64,000 bases of DNA from Armatimonadota bacterium (GTDB taxonomy: Bacteria; Armatimonadota; Fervidibacteria; Fervidibacterales; Fervidibacteraceae), in contig JANXBO010000009.1 in assembly GCA_025057575.1 (NCBI GenBank), positions 1,699-65,698 of the forward strand. The letters run 5' to 3'. Below are positions 38,040 through 48,134 of this stretch, one piece after another. Made by a program: the position numbers and the translations under genes. The notes beneath the pieces were generated by a model. That model was given only the letters and a program-made list of their open reading frames with translations, had not been told where the DNA came from and ran no database searches. How positions within the stretch are numbered: the first letter of the stretch is position 1; every line of letters begins with the position of its first letter.

Positions 38040-38858
38040 TCATTGATTCCTCCAAATTAGATAAATGGGATCAAAGGGACTTTCCTGCCAGGCGAAAACT
38101 CTACCCCTCCTAATAAGTTCCAGTAAAGCCAGAAAAGTGATGATGATTTCCTGTCGGCTCTGACAATCGGCACAGAGGCGGTCAAAGGTATAGGGTTCGT
38201 CGGCAGAAAAACGAAGGATCTGGGTCAGCGTCCGGATGCGGAACGGAACGGTCCACCGCCTTCTGGGAACGGAAACTTGGGGCTCCGTTATTTTCGCCAA
38301 CAGCCCCTTGAGGGCGTGCACGAGAAGGGCGGCGGGTTCTTGGGGCAGGACCAATTCTTTCTCCCCCGTGCCGTCCTCCGCATCAGCGGGTCGGGCGAGC
38401 GCATCTGCCCACACCCGCAACCTCTCCTGCAAAAAACCCGCCGCTTGACGAAAAGCCAGGTTTTGAAAACCCCTGCGCCGCAGCGCCTGTCGGGCGACCG
38501 CTTCTGATTCTTCTTCCCCTGTCTCCGGCTCTGCTTCTTCGTCCGACTCTTCCGCCAGTAACAGGCAGGACTTAAGGTGAGCCAGACAGGCGATGGCAAA
38601 GAGATCCTCCGCTTGCTCGGTGCGGCGACTGCCTTTCGGACGAAAGGACTCAGCAATTTGACGGGCAGAAACTTGGGAGGGCTCTATAAATTCTCTCCTC
38701 ATCAGCCAAAGTAGCAGGTCGCAGGGACCCTGGTATTCGGGCAGATCAACGAAGAAACGGTGAAAAGTAAAGGGCGCCGGTATAGGGGGCGGCTGTTGGG
38801 GAAAAACGAGAGCGCTAACAGGATGGTCTTCTTGGGTCATCAATTTTTTGTTTCCCAT
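38040..38858 (-). CDS. scpA: Segregation and condensation protein A (kleisin)
   Basis: Contains 'EYQGPCDLLLWLMRREFIEPSQV' and a C-terminal 'IITFLALLELIRRGRV' winged helix. Confidence 0.85.
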   Translation of the reverse strand: MGNKKLMTQEDHPVSALVFPQQPPPIPAPFTFHRFFVDLPEYQGPCDLLLWLMRREFIEPSQVSARQIAESFRPKGSRRTEQAEDLFAIACLAHLKSCLLLAEESDEEAEPETGEEESEAVARQALRRRGFQNLAFRQAAGFLQERLRVWADALARPADAEDGTGEKELVLPQEPAALLVHALKGLLAKITEPQVSVPRRRWTVPFRIRTLTQILRFSADEPYTFDRLCADCQSRQEIIITFLALLELIRRGRVFAWQESPFDPIYLIWRNQ

Positions 38859-38874
38859 CAGCGTCTTTCCACAG

Positions 38875-39885
38875 TTACGCTTCAGGCGTCCTCTCCAAGG
38901 CAGGAGACCAGAGTTTCATAGCGGCGCGGACCTGTTCCATTGTCTTGACAGCTTCCTGGCGGGCTTTAGCAGCGCCAACGGCAAGAATCTCATCCACCTC
39001 TGACGGACGCTGCTCCCACCTTGCGCGCCGTTCGCGGATCGGTTCCAACGCTTCGTTCAATTTTCCTGCCAGCCTTTCTTTGCAGGCGACGCAACCCAGT
39101 TTGCCGATCCGACAATCCTCGCCAATCCCTTGAGCCTCAGTCCCATTGTAAATTTTATGAAGGGCGAAGACAGGACAGATCTCGGGTCGCCCCGGATCGG
39201 TTCGGCGGAGTTTGTGGGGATCGGTGAAGAACTGGCTCACCTTTTGCTGAACGGTTTGCGGTGGGTCCGCCAGTTGGATGTGATTGTGGTAACTCTTGCT
39301 CATCTTCCGCCCGTCCATTCCCGGAACATACGGGAACTCGCTCAGCAACGCTTGGGGTTCGGGAAACACGTTGCCGTAAAGGCGGTTGAAGCGTCGGGCG
39401 ATCTCTCGGGTCATCTCCAAATGGGGCAACTGATCTTTGCCAACGGGGACCGTGTCGGCTCGGTAAATCAGGATGTCCGCCGCCTGAAGGACCGGATAGC
39501 CCAGTAGTCCGTAATGAGGTGCCTTCCCTTCCTGCAGCCAATCTTTGTAGGTCGGATTCAACTCCAGCCAAGAGACGGGAACGATCATTGAGAGGAGAAG
39601 GTGCAATTCCGAATGCTCGGGCACTGACGACTGAACGAAGATGACCGACTTATCGGGATCCAAACCAACCGAAAGCCAGTCGGTCACGGCATCTCGAATA
39701 TCCTGCTCCAACGCCGATGGGTCTTCCCAAGCAGTAGTCAAGGCGTGCCAATCGGCGACCTCGTAAAAGCATTCATATTCATCCTGAAGGGACACCCATT
39801 GCCGAAGGGCACCCTCTAAGTTTCCTAAGTGGATTTTCCCCGTCGGTCGCAAGCCGGAGAGGATCCTGCCTTTTCGTTGAGGCAT
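38875..39885 (-). CDS. trpS: Tryptophan--tRNA ligase
   Basis: The HIGH-region equivalent is 'GKIHLGN' and 'KMSKS' is present. 336 aa. Confidence 0.93.
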   Translation of the reverse strand: MPQRKGRILSGLRPTGKIHLGNLEGALRQWVSLQDEYECFYEVADWHALTTAWEDPSALEQDIRDAVTDWLSVGLDPDKSVIFVQSSVPEHSELHLLLSMIVPVSWLELNPTYKDWLQEGKAPHYGLLGYPVLQAADILIYRADTVPVGKDQLPHLEMTREIARRFNRLYGNVFPEPQALLSEFPYVPGMDGRKMSKSYHNHIQLADPPQTVQQKVSQFFTDPHKLRRTDPGRPEICPVFALHKIYNGTEAQGIGEDCRIGKLGCVACKERLAGKLNEALEPIRERRARWEQRPSEVDEILAVGAAKARQEAVKTMEQVRAAMKLWSPALERTPEA

Positions 39886-39896
39886 AAAGCATCACC

Positions 39897-40568
39897 TCAG
39901 ATTCCTGTCGCCAACCGAATGAGGGCATCACCGATGGCATCTACCGGACCCCAAATGACCCTCAAAACCCCCGCAGCAAGGAGAACGAAAAGAAGGAGAA
40001 AGCCCAGACCAGACCGTTCTAAGGTGTCCATCCGCCAGCGCCACTCCGTCGGTAGAAACATTCTCAATATCCGGCTCCCGTCAAGGGGTGGAATGGGAAT
40101 CAAGTTGAACGCAGCCAGACCGAGGTTAATAAAGATCCCTCCGGCAGCTAAGTAGCCCAGGATGCCCAACGGTTGACTCAAAAACGGTAAGAGCCGGGCA
40201 AAAGAGGCGAATACGGAAAGGAGAATGGCCCAGCCCAGCGCTTGAACAACATTGGAAGCAGGTCCCGCTGCGGCAACGAGAGCCATATCGCGACTGTAGT
40301 GACGAAAGTTCATCGGATTGACGATGACGGGTTTTGCCCAGCCAAACCCGATGCCCGCCCAGGCGGACAAGAGGAACATCAATGCCCCGAGAGGATCAAT
40401 GTGAGCGATCGGGTTGAGGGTCAATCGCCCCTGATACACCGGAGTCGGATCACCCAGTTTCCAGGCAGCCCAAGCGTGAGCGGCTTCGTGGATGGTGAAC
40501 GCCAGCACGAACGGAATCAGCCAGATCAAAACCCGAAAGATGGGCGACTCAAGAATTGTCTCTGCCAT
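39897..40568 (-). CDS. Site-2 protease family (M50) membrane metalloprotease
   Basis: 'HEAAHAWAA' (HExxH) in TM1 and 'NLIPIPPLDGS' (NxxPxxxLDG). The ATG at 40568 has a GGAGGT SD. Confidence 0.8.
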   Translation of the reverse strand: MAETILESPIFRVLIWLIPFVLAFTIHEAAHAWAAWKLGDPTPVYQGRLTLNPIAHIDPLGALMFLLSAWAGIGFGWAKPVIVNPMNFRHYSRDMALVAAAGPASNVVQALGWAILLSVFASFARLLPFLSQPLGILGYLAAGGIFINLGLAAFNLIPIPPLDGSRILRMFLPTEWRWRMDTLERSGLGFLLLFVLLAAGVLRVIWGPVDAIGDALIRLATGI

Positions 40569-41859
40569 CGTTACCTCCCTCAGAGGGGGTCGCTCCCCGA
40601 TTGGGTTGCCGACCCAGCAAAGCAAACGCCCGCTGCAGAGAAGGATCCGCCTTAAAGTCCAACTTGAGCCTTAAGGCAACGGTCAAGGCTTCCTGAATCT
40701 CCTTCCCCTTCAGCCCCCATCGGGTCAACTCTTCCCCAGTGACATCTGGTCGGACCAACCGCCAGTCAAAAAAGTAACGCCTCCATTGGCGGGGCGAAAC
40801 ATCTCTTCGTAAAACAGACACGGCTAGCGCCATTTCCGGGGGTAGGGAACGGAGGGCGAAGACGAAGTCACTGGGCTGGTTCAAAACCGCCTCCCGAGCC
40901 ACTTGGATCAGTCCCCGAACATTCCTCAACCATCTCTCCGAGAACTGAAACCGCTGGGCAAACGAAACCGCCGCTCCCTCATCGGGTAAAAGAAGCGCCA
41001 TAAGAGGACTCGTTCGGTCTTTCAGGTCGCCAGCACCTTTCTTTTGGTAGTCTTGGAACCTTTTTAGGAAAAGATTAACGGTCGCTATTGTCCTGGCGGT
41101 GACCCTCAGTTCGGGAGCGACTTCCTTCAAGAGACCCAGATCCTTCATTCTCAGAAGGATCTTTCCAGGACGGTCCTCTTGAAAAACTTTGAGCAGTTCT
41201 GCCTTGATCCGATCGCGGGAAACAGTCGCCAGAAAGTGTTGCCGGATGGCTTCCTTCATCAACCGAACGGTTTTCCGGTCCATTCGGAACCCAAACCGCT
41301 GCTCATAACGGACTGCCCGAAGCATTCGGGTTGGGTCATCCCGAAAACTCTTGTCGTGAAGGACCCGAATCAGACGACGGCGAAGGTCCTGCCAACCGCC
41401 CACGGGATCCAAGAGGCATCCAAAGTCATCTTGATTGAGGGAAAGAGCGAGGGCATTGATGCTAAAGTCCCTCCGGAGCAAGTCATCGGTTAGGCGTGCC
41501 GGTCTCACGACCGGGAGAGAACCGGCTCGGGGATAGACCTCCTGGCGGGCGGTTACGAAATCTAAACGCCGAAGGGAAGAACCCTCGTCCGGTGCCACCG
41601 CCGTTGCCGTCAGGAAGCGCTTGTGGACCGTTATCTTCCAGCCGGTCATTCGCCCGAATAGGGCTGCCAGAGACGGTCCATCACCCTCCACGACGATGTC
41701 GGCCTCTTGAGAGGGTCGTTGCAAAAAAAGGTCCCTCACAAAACCCCCGACCAAATAGACCCGGTATCCCTGATCGTTAGCCATCTGCCCAATCAGCCGG
41801 AAAAGGGACACCACATCGTTTGAAAGGTGCTGGTCAAGGGGCTCAGTTTGCATCCACAT
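40549..41859 (-). CDS. CCA-adding enzyme / poly(A) polymerase family nucleotidyltransferase
   Basis: Contains 'VYLVGGFVRDLFL', 'DADIVVEGD' and 'RRDFSINALAL'. The start is taken at the ATG overlapping the upstream stop (TGATG at 41857-41861) rather than the ORF-track start at 41961. Confidence 0.85.
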   Translation of the reverse strand: MWMQTEPLDQHLSNDVVSLFRLIGQMANDQGYRVYLVGGFVRDLFLQRPSQEADIVVEGDGPSLAALFGRMTGWKITVHKRFLTATAVAPDEGSSLRRLDFVTARQEVYPRAGSLPVVRPARLTDDLLRRDFSINALALSLNQDDFGCLLDPVGGWQDLRRRLIRVLHDKSFRDDPTRMLRAVRYEQRFGFRMDRKTVRLMKEAIRQHFLATVSRDRIKAELLKVFQEDRPGKILLRMKDLGLLKEVAPELRVTARTIATVNLFLKRFQDYQKKGAGDLKDRTSPLMALLLPDEGAAVSFAQRFQFSERWLRNVRGLIQVAREAVLNQPSDFVFALRSLPPEMALAVSVLRRDVSPRQWRRYFFDWRLVRPDVTGEELTRWGLKGKEIQEALTVALRLKLDFKADPSLQRAFALLGRQPNRGATPSEGGNDGRDNS

Positions 41860-42365
41860 CAGGTGCCATCCATCACTGGCTTCATCCACTCTTCCCAATG
41901 AAGGACGACGGTGACCCCTTTCTCCTTTGGTAGGTTGACCGATCGGGTATGTTCGGTCCATTCACTGCCGTGGTGATTTTCGTAGAGGGCACTAAAGACA
42001 GTAACGGGAACCGGTATCGTGTGCCAGACGGACGGGGACAGGACAATGGTCTCTTGCCCTTGGGACAAAAAGGCTTTCAAAGCCGCAGGGTTTGGTTCCC
42101 GAGACGGATGCCCGACGACAAAGATGGTCGGGACTTTATCTAAAGGAACAATCACCTGTTCGCCATCATCGTGGGCACTGAACCAGTCCAACTCTTTTCG
42201 CTGATAGCCTCTCATTCGGCTCACCATCACCTGACCAACGGTGAGTCGGGGCACATAAGAGCCCTTGTTGACCAGAACCCGACCAAAGGGTCGGAACTCT
42301 TCCGGTGTTAACGGTTGTGGGACCAGCACGATTTTTTTCACCATTGTCCGGTTTTGCGGTGGCAC
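41859..42365 (-). CDS. Ureidoglycolate lyase (AllA)-like cupin protein
   Basis: 168 aa. N-terminal 'PQPLTPEEFRPFGRVL' resembles the AllA family N-terminus. Weak, motif-level evidence only. Confidence 0.5.
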   Translation of the reverse strand: MPPQNRTMVKKIVLVPQPLTPEEFRPFGRVLVNKGSYVPRLTVGQVMVSRMRGYQRKELDWFSAHDDGEQVIVPLDKVPTIFVVGHPSREPNPAALKAFLSQGQETIVLSPSVWHTIPVPVTVFSALYENHHGSEWTEHTRSVNLPKEKGVTVVLHWEEWMKPVMDGT

Positions 42366-42504
42366 GGCTCATTAACAGAAAGCAACTAAAAGGGTAGAAC
42401 CTTTCATCAATCTCTTCCGTCCTGATAAAGTTTGAAATTCTGGGCGAAGGCAAGAAAAGCGGAACAAAAGAAAAGAGGCACAAAGGCAAAAGGAGGGTCT
42501 GAGA

Positions 42505-43515
42505 ATGGCAGGGACAAAAGGCGCGGTTCGCTGTGCGGTCATCGGCTATGGTGGTGCCTTCAGTATGGGCAAGTATCACTGCCAGGAGGTCATCAAAACG
42601 AACGGACTGCAGTTAGCCGGCATCTGCGATGTGGACCCACAAAGGCTGGAGGTCGCAAAGCAGGATTTTCCTGAGGTGCCGACCTTTTCGTCGGTAAGGC
42701 AACTTTTGGAAAGGGGAGACTTTGATCTGGCGATCATCGTCACCCCCCACAACACCCATGCCTCCATTGCCCTTCAATGTCTCAAGGCAGGCAAGAGCGT
42801 CGTCGTGGAAAAGCCGATGTGCCTAACCGTCAAAGAGGCAACGGAAATGATTGAGGAGGCGAAAAAGAGGGGGCTAACCCTGACCGTTTACCACAATCGG
42901 AACTGGGACGGCGATTTTCTTGCCCTTAAGGAAATCGTTGATTCGGGTCTAATCGGGCGGATCTTTCACGTTGAGATGTGGGGCGGCGATTATCATCGCC
43001 CCGGTCCCTGGTGGCGGTCGGACAAGAAGGTTTCGGGCGGCTTGTTCTACGATTGGGGCGCCCACTATCTGTGGTGGCTTCTCTCGCTGGTCCCCAGCCG
43101 CATCGTGAGTGTTGCCGGTCACTTCCACAAGTTAAAGTGGGATCACGTAACCAACGAAGACCACGTTGAGGCGATCATTCGCTTTGAAGATGGCACGATC
43201 GCCAATGTCCAAATGTCCACCCTGGCAGCCATCGGAAAACCCCGCTGGCGCATCTTGGGGACCGAGGGGGCGATCGTGGACGCCGGCGGTCGTTTTCAGG
43301 TGTCTTTCTTTGTCAAAGGACTTAAAGCCCAAACGGAAATCCCCTACCAGCAAGGTCAGTGGCATCGCTTCTACGAAAACTTGGCGGATCACTTCCGCAC
43401 CGGTGCCCCTCTTGCCATAGCACCCGAGAAAGCCCGGCGGGTCATCGCCATTATGGAGATGGCAGAAAAATCGTCTCGCCAAGGAGGCAGACCCTTACCG
43501 ATTCCCTACGAATGA
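42505..43515 (+). CDS. Gfo/Idh/MocA family oxidoreductase
   Basis: N-terminal Rossmann 'VRCAVIGYGGAF' and 'EKPM' motif 'VVVEKPMCLT'. AAAGGAGGG SD. Confidence 0.88.
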   Translation: MAGTKGAVRCAVIGYGGAFSMGKYHCQEVIKTNGLQLAGICDVDPQRLEVAKQDFPEVPTFSSVRQLLERGDFDLAIIVTPHNTHASIALQCLKAGKSVVVEKPMCLTVKEATEMIEEAKKRGLTLTVYHNRNWDGDFLALKEIVDSGLIGRIFHVEMWGGDYHRPGPWWRSDKKVSGGLFYDWGAHYLWWLLSLVPSRIVSVAGHFHKLKWDHVTNEDHVEAIIRFEDGTIANVQMSTLAAIGKPRWRILGTEGAIVDAGGRFQVSFFVKGLKAQTEIPYQQGQWHRFYENLADHFRTGAPLAIAPEKARRVIAIMEMAEKSSRQGGRPLPIPYE

Positions 43516-43630
43516 GAACCCTTTAACGGTCCCATCTCATACCAATCTTTTGAAAAACGGTTGCCTTTTAGTTCGTTTCTCATAATTGGCTTGCTGGATA
43601 ACTTGAAGTCCTTAGCAAAGGTGATCGTTA

Positions 43631-44506
43631 ATGGTCCGAGGTCTGGCTACAACGGTCGCAATGACCCTCTTGGTGAGTTCTCATCTCATCAGCCAACCCC
43701 TGCTGACCCAACCCACTCTCGTGACGACGGACTGGCTGGCGCATCATTTAGACCACCCCAACCTGCGGATCATTGATGCCCGCCCGACCCTGCGAGACTA
43801 CTTGGACGGGCACATCCCCAAGTCCGTCTACTTAAACACCGAAACGCTGCGGGTTTCGTTGGGGGGCGTGCCCGCTCAACTGCTACCCGCTGATCGCTTG
43901 GCAGAGATTTTTGGAGCCATCGGTGTGGGGAACCACCATACGGTTGTCATTTATTCGGGCGCCGACGATGCGTTCGCCCACGCCACTTATGTCGCCTTTG
44001 TCCTTAACCTTCTCGGTCACCGATCAATTGGCGTTCTTGACGGCGGCTTGGAAAAATGGCGGGCTGAAGGTAGACCGGTAACGACGGATTTTCCGAAGTT
44101 GATGCCCACCAGGTTCGTTCCGAGGATATCCCAGAAGTTGCGTGTGGACTGGCTAACCCTTTTGCAGAGTGTGCGGCGCAGGGAAGCACAGACTCTGGAC
44201 GCCCGATCGCCCAAAGCCTTCGCCTCCGGTCACATCCCAACCGCCCGAAATGCTTTCTTGAGGGAGAACCTTCAGGGAGACAAGATCGTAACCTGGAAGA
44301 GCAAGGAGGAACTGATCCAGCGGTTTCAAAAGTTGGGGATTGACCTGAAAAAACCCATCATCACCTATTGCACCAGTGGGCGAGAAGCCAGCCAGTTGTG
44401 GTTCACCCTGCGATACATCCTGGGCATTGACAGGGTGCTCGTCTACGACGGCTCGTGGATTGACTGGTCCGCTCGGAAACTGCCCAAAGAGTCCGCCAGT
44501 CGTTAG
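43631..44506 (+). CDS. Rhodanese-family sulfurtransferase (two rhodanese domains)
   Basis: Tandem rhodanese domains, 'IIDARP...GHIPKSV' and 'LDARSPKAFASGHIPTA', with active-site loop 'YCTSGREAS'. The N-terminus is signal-like. Confidence 0.85.
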   Translation: MVRGLATTVAMTLLVSSHLISQPLLTQPTLVTTDWLAHHLDHPNLRIIDARPTLRDYLDGHIPKSVYLNTETLRVSLGGVPAQLLPADRLAEIFGAIGVGNHHTVVIYSGADDAFAHATYVAFVLNLLGHRSIGVLDGGLEKWRAEGRPVTTDFPKLMPTRFVPRISQKLRVDWLTLLQSVRRREAQTLDARSPKAFASGHIPTARNAFLRENLQGDKIVTWKSKEELIQRFQKLGIDLKKPIITYCTSGREASQLWFTLRYILGIDRVLVYDGSWIDWSARKLPKESASR

Positions 44507-44647
44507 CCCCCAAGTTTTTTTAGGCGCCATCAGGACCAGCATGCTCGCCCATTGTTAGAAGGGTGTTAAGGGAGCCGTCTACAGGTCGGCGGTGACTGCC
44601 ATGATTGATAAAATAGAGACCGAAGTTTTGTTTGGGAGGTGTCCATA

Positions 44648-45250
44648 ATGGCGCCCAAAACGGTGACCGTTCCCGAATATCAGGAGACGGATCAAGTTAC
44701 CCTGGACCCAAAAACGACCGCCCTGGTCATCGTGGATATGCAGAACGATTTTGTGAAAGAAGGGGGTCGCCTGGTGGTGCCCGCAGCGGCGGCGACGGTC
44801 CCCGCCATCGCCCGACTTTTAAAAAGAGCGAGGGAGCATCAAGTGACCGTCGCTTACACTCAGGATTCCCACTTGCCGGGTGACCCTGAGTTTCCCATTT
44901 GGGGAGAACACTGCTTGGTGGGGACCTGGGGATGGGAAATCGTAGAAGAATTGAAGCCAGAGCCCGGCGATTTCATCTTTCCCAAGCGCCGCTACGACGG
45001 TTTTTATGGGACCAATATGGAACACGACCTGCGGGTCAAAGGGGTTCAAAACCTGATCGTCACCGGCACGGTCGCCAACATCTGTGTTCTCCACACGGCA
45101 GGAAGCGCCGCTCTCCGATGGTTTCACATCATCGTGCCCAAAGACGGTGTGTCCGCCCTAAACGACTTTGATATGGAATCCGCTCTTCGGCAGATTCACT
45201 TCCTCTATCGGGGCATCATTACCACTTGCGACGGAATTCAATTTGCCTAA
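44648..45250 (+). CDS. Isochorismatase-family cysteine hydrolase (nicotinamidase-like)
   Basis: Contains 'ALVIVDMQNDF', 'FPKRRYDGFYGT' and the catalytic Cys region 'VTGTVANICVLHTA'. The ATG at 44648 is 8 nt after a GGGAGG SD. Confidence 0.85.
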   Translation: MAPKTVTVPEYQETDQVTLDPKTTALVIVDMQNDFVKEGGRLVVPAAAATVPAIARLLKRAREHQVTVAYTQDSHLPGDPEFPIWGEHCLVGTWGWEIVEELKPEPGDFIFPKRRYDGFYGTNMEHDLRVKGVQNLIVTGTVANICVLHTAGSAALRWFHIIVPKDGVSALNDFDMESALRQIHFLYRGIITTCDGIQFA

Positions 45251-45319
45251 TAAGCGGCATCAAAGAAGATCCGTAAGATCAACCAATGGTCTCCCATTGA
45301 GAGACAAAGGGGTGTTGGT

Positions 45320-46183
45320 ATGATTATCACCGACAAGAGTGATGAGGGTTTCTGGCTTCGGGGCAACCTCCATTCCCACACGACCAACAGCGACGGTAAG
45401 TTCAGCCTTGAAGAACTCTGTCGGCGATATGAGGAGAAGGGTTATGATTTTCTGGTTGTTACGGACCACGATAAAGTGACGTCCCTTTGTTCAGTTTCCG
45501 GCTCTCTGATCCTGATCAGCGGATGCGAGGTCTCTGCAGGAGGGGGGCACATCGTCGCGATTGGCATTGAACAACCCGTTGAACCCCATAGAGATCGCCA
45601 AAAAGTGATTGATCGGGTGAATGGGGAGGGCGGTGTGTGTGTCTTAGCCCATCCGAACTGGAGTACCCAATTCTGCCACTGGCATCAGGAAGAACTGGAG
45701 CGCCTTCAGGGCTATGCGGGCATTGAGGTGTTCAACGGCAACATCCTTAGGGACAGTGGCAGTCCTCTCGCCAGCGACCGGTGGGACCGGCTCCTTTCTC
45801 AGGGAAGAAAAGTTTTTGCTTACGGGACCGATGACACCCATAACGAACTGGACGTGGCGAATGGGTGGACGATGGTATGGGTCCGAGAGCGATCCCGAGA
45901 GGCGATCCTGAAAAGTCTCGCCAGCGGTCACTGTTATGCCTCATCGGGGGTTTTCTTTGATGACATTCGGTTGATAGATAGGACCGTGGTCGTCGTCACA
46001 AAAAATGCCGACCGAATCGCTTTCGTCGGTCGCCACGGGCGATGGCTCTATTGGGTCAACGATTCCAAAGCCCGTTACTCCCTACAAGGTAACGAGGGTT
46101 ATGTGCGGGTAGAAGCCTATGGTCCCCACGGCTCCTGCGCTTGGTCTCAGCCTTTGTGGCTGGATGAACCAGCAAATCGATAA
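45320..46183 (+). CDS. PHP-domain metal-dependent phosphoesterase (CehA/McbA-like)
   Basis: Contains 'GNLHSHTTNSDG', 'LVVTDHD', 'AHPNW' and 'GTDDTHN'. Confidence 0.7.
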   Translation: MIITDKSDEGFWLRGNLHSHTTNSDGKFSLEELCRRYEEKGYDFLVVTDHDKVTSLCSVSGSLILISGCEVSAGGGHIVAIGIEQPVEPHRDRQKVIDRVNGEGGVCVLAHPNWSTQFCHWHQEELERLQGYAGIEVFNGNILRDSGSPLASDRWDRLLSQGRKVFAYGTDDTHNELDVANGWTMVWVRERSREAILKSLASGHCYASSGVFFDDIRLIDRTVVVVTKNADRIAFVGRHGRWLYWVNDSKARYSLQGNEGYVRVEAYGPHGSCAWSQPLWLDEPANR

Positions 46184-46256
46184 ACCCCATCGCCGCCAGG
46201 CTCATTGGGACCGTTATTCGGAAATGGGAAACCAGTTACCCCGACAGATTTCTTGC

Positions 46257-48134
46257 TCACTTTTTCTTGCCCTGCGATTTGACCGATCCTGCGTCAGCAG
46301 AAGTCTTGGCTTTTCCTGCCGATGCCGATTGGGTTGGTGGTGCCGTCCCCTTTTTCCTTCCTGTTGGGGCAGCAGGGAAAAGACCTGCCGGTGCCACGAC
46401 CTTTCTCACCTTTTTCACCTTTTTCTCCCGTGCCGTTAACCGTTCGGTCAACTCCTTTACCGACAAAGTGTTAATGATGTCCTTTTTTTCACACCAGGCT
46501 CTTCTGGCGACGGCAACACCAAATTTCATAAAGTCCAAATGGTGCTCGTGATGGGCGTCCGTTCCGATAATGAGGGGAACCCCTTCCTCTCGGGCGTATC
46601 GGGCATTCTCATCGCTCAAGTCCAACCGCTCGGGACTGCCGTTGATCTCTAAGATGACCCCCGTCTCCTTGGCTTTCTTGACGATGGCTTGTATGTCTAC
46701 CTCGTAAGGAGGACGCTGGTTGATCAGGCGACCGGTCGGATGCCCCAACACATCCACCAGGGGGTTTTCCAGAGCCCGAACGATTCGCTCGGTCATCTGC
46801 TCCTTTGTCATTTTGAAAGCCGAATGAACGGATGCAATGACGATGTCCAGTTGACGCAGGATATCTTCGTCCATATAAAGAGAACCGTCAGGGGCGATGT
46901 CCACTTCAATGCCTGCTAAAATGGGAAAACCTAATTGATCGGACACCCTTCTGATTTCCTTGATCAATTCCTTGTAGCGTTCGGGCTTGACGCCCCATCC
47001 CATCGGGGGCGAATGATCAGTGATCGCCAGATATTCGTAGCCCCTTACCCTCGCTGCCCGAGCCATCTCTTCTACCGATTGAGCCCCATCGCTCCATTTG
47101 GTGTGACAGTGGGGTTCACCCTTGATATCAGCAAGGGTGATCAGGACGGGCAAGCGCCCCTCCTCTGCCCTCTCCAATTCGCCCCGGTCCTCCCTCAGTT
47201 CCGGGGGAATCCAAGGGAGCCCGACGGCAGCATAGACCTCCTCTTCGGTCCGTCCCGCTACCTTTTCCTCCGTGTCCACCCGAAAGACCCCATATTCGTT
47301 GATGGTTAGCCCTTTTTTCAGGGCACGCGACCGAAGAGAGATGTTGTGCGCTTTGGAGCCGGTAAAGTATTGAGCGGCAGCGCCGAAACTTTCAGGGTCC
47401 ACTGCCCTCAAGTCCACTTGAATGTTGTTCGCCATCAGGACACTGGACTTAGTGGACCCGTGAGCGAGGACTTTTTGGACCAACGGCAGAGTAACAAACC
47501 GGTCCATCACCGGCGCACTGTCTTTGGTGGACACCAGAATATCTATGTCACCAATGGTCTCTTTCCAGCGTCTTAGGCTGCCTGCTGGGAGAATGTCCAT
47601 CACTCCTGGGACACCTTTCAGGCTCTCCACCACCGACTCTGCCAGTTCCAGGGCGATATGAAGGGGAACCCTTGCCTGATGCTGCCGCCATAACTGGATG
47701 CCTTCCAGAATGTTGCGGATCTTCTGGGCACCCATCCCCGGAAGCCCGTTCAGTTTCCCTTCCTTTGCTGCTGCTTCCAGTTCCTCCACCGTCTGCACGT
47801 TCAACCGGTCGTAAACGAGGGCGACGGTCTTAGGTCCCACCCCTTGGATCTCCAACAGCCGTCTCAGTTGCGACGGGTATCTTTTCCGGAGTTTTTCCAG
47901 CCGCTGGGTCGTCCCTCTTTCCAAAAACTCTTGAATGTCCTTGGCGATGCTTTCACCGACCCCTTCAATTTCCCGAAGTCTTCCCGAAGACACCAATTCC
48001 TCAATGGAATCCTTAACGGCATTTAGGGCATCAATGGCTCTTCGGTAAGCACGCACCTTAAAGGGATTTTCGCCAGCGATGTCGGACAGGTCCGCCGTCT
48101 CCTCCAGCATTGCCAGAACGGCTTCCTTACTCAC
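46257..48134 (-). CDS. polX: DNA polymerase X family protein (PolX core + PHP domain) with a Lys-rich C-terminal tail
   Basis: Has HhH motifs ('IEGVGESIAKDI', 'IQGVGPKTV'), the nucleotidyltransferase motif 'AGSLRRWKETIGDIDILV' and PHP motifs ('GEPHCHTKWSDG', 'LAITDHS', 'GTDAHH'). The last ~55 aa are Lys/Ala/Pro/Gly-rich. Confidence 0.9.
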   Translation of the reverse strand: MSKEAVLAMLEETADLSDIAGENPFKVRAYRRAIDALNAVKDSIEELVSSGRLREIEGVGESIAKDIQEFLERGTTQRLEKLRKRYPSQLRRLLEIQGVGPKTVALVYDRLNVQTVEELEAAAKEGKLNGLPGMGAQKIRNILEGIQLWRQHQARVPLHIALELAESVVESLKGVPGVMDILPAGSLRRWKETIGDIDILVSTKDSAPVMDRFVTLPLVQKVLAHGSTKSSVLMANNIQVDLRAVDPESFGAAAQYFTGSKAHNISLRSRALKKGLTINEYGVFRVDTEEKVAGRTEEEVYAAVGLPWIPPELREDRGELERAEEGRLPVLITLADIKGEPHCHTKWSDGAQSVEEMARAARVRGYEYLAITDHSPPMGWGVKPERYKELIKEIRRVSDQLGFPILAGIEVDIAPDGSLYMDEDILRQLDIVIASVHSAFKMTKEQMTERIVRALENPLVDVLGHPTGRLINQRPPYEVDIQAIVKKAKETGVILEINGSPERLDLSDENARYAREEGVPLIIGTDAHHEHHLDFMKFGVAVARRAWCEKKDIINTLSVKELTERLTAREKKVKKVRKVVAPAGLFPAAPTGRKKGTAPPTQSASAGKAKTSADAGSVKSQGKKK

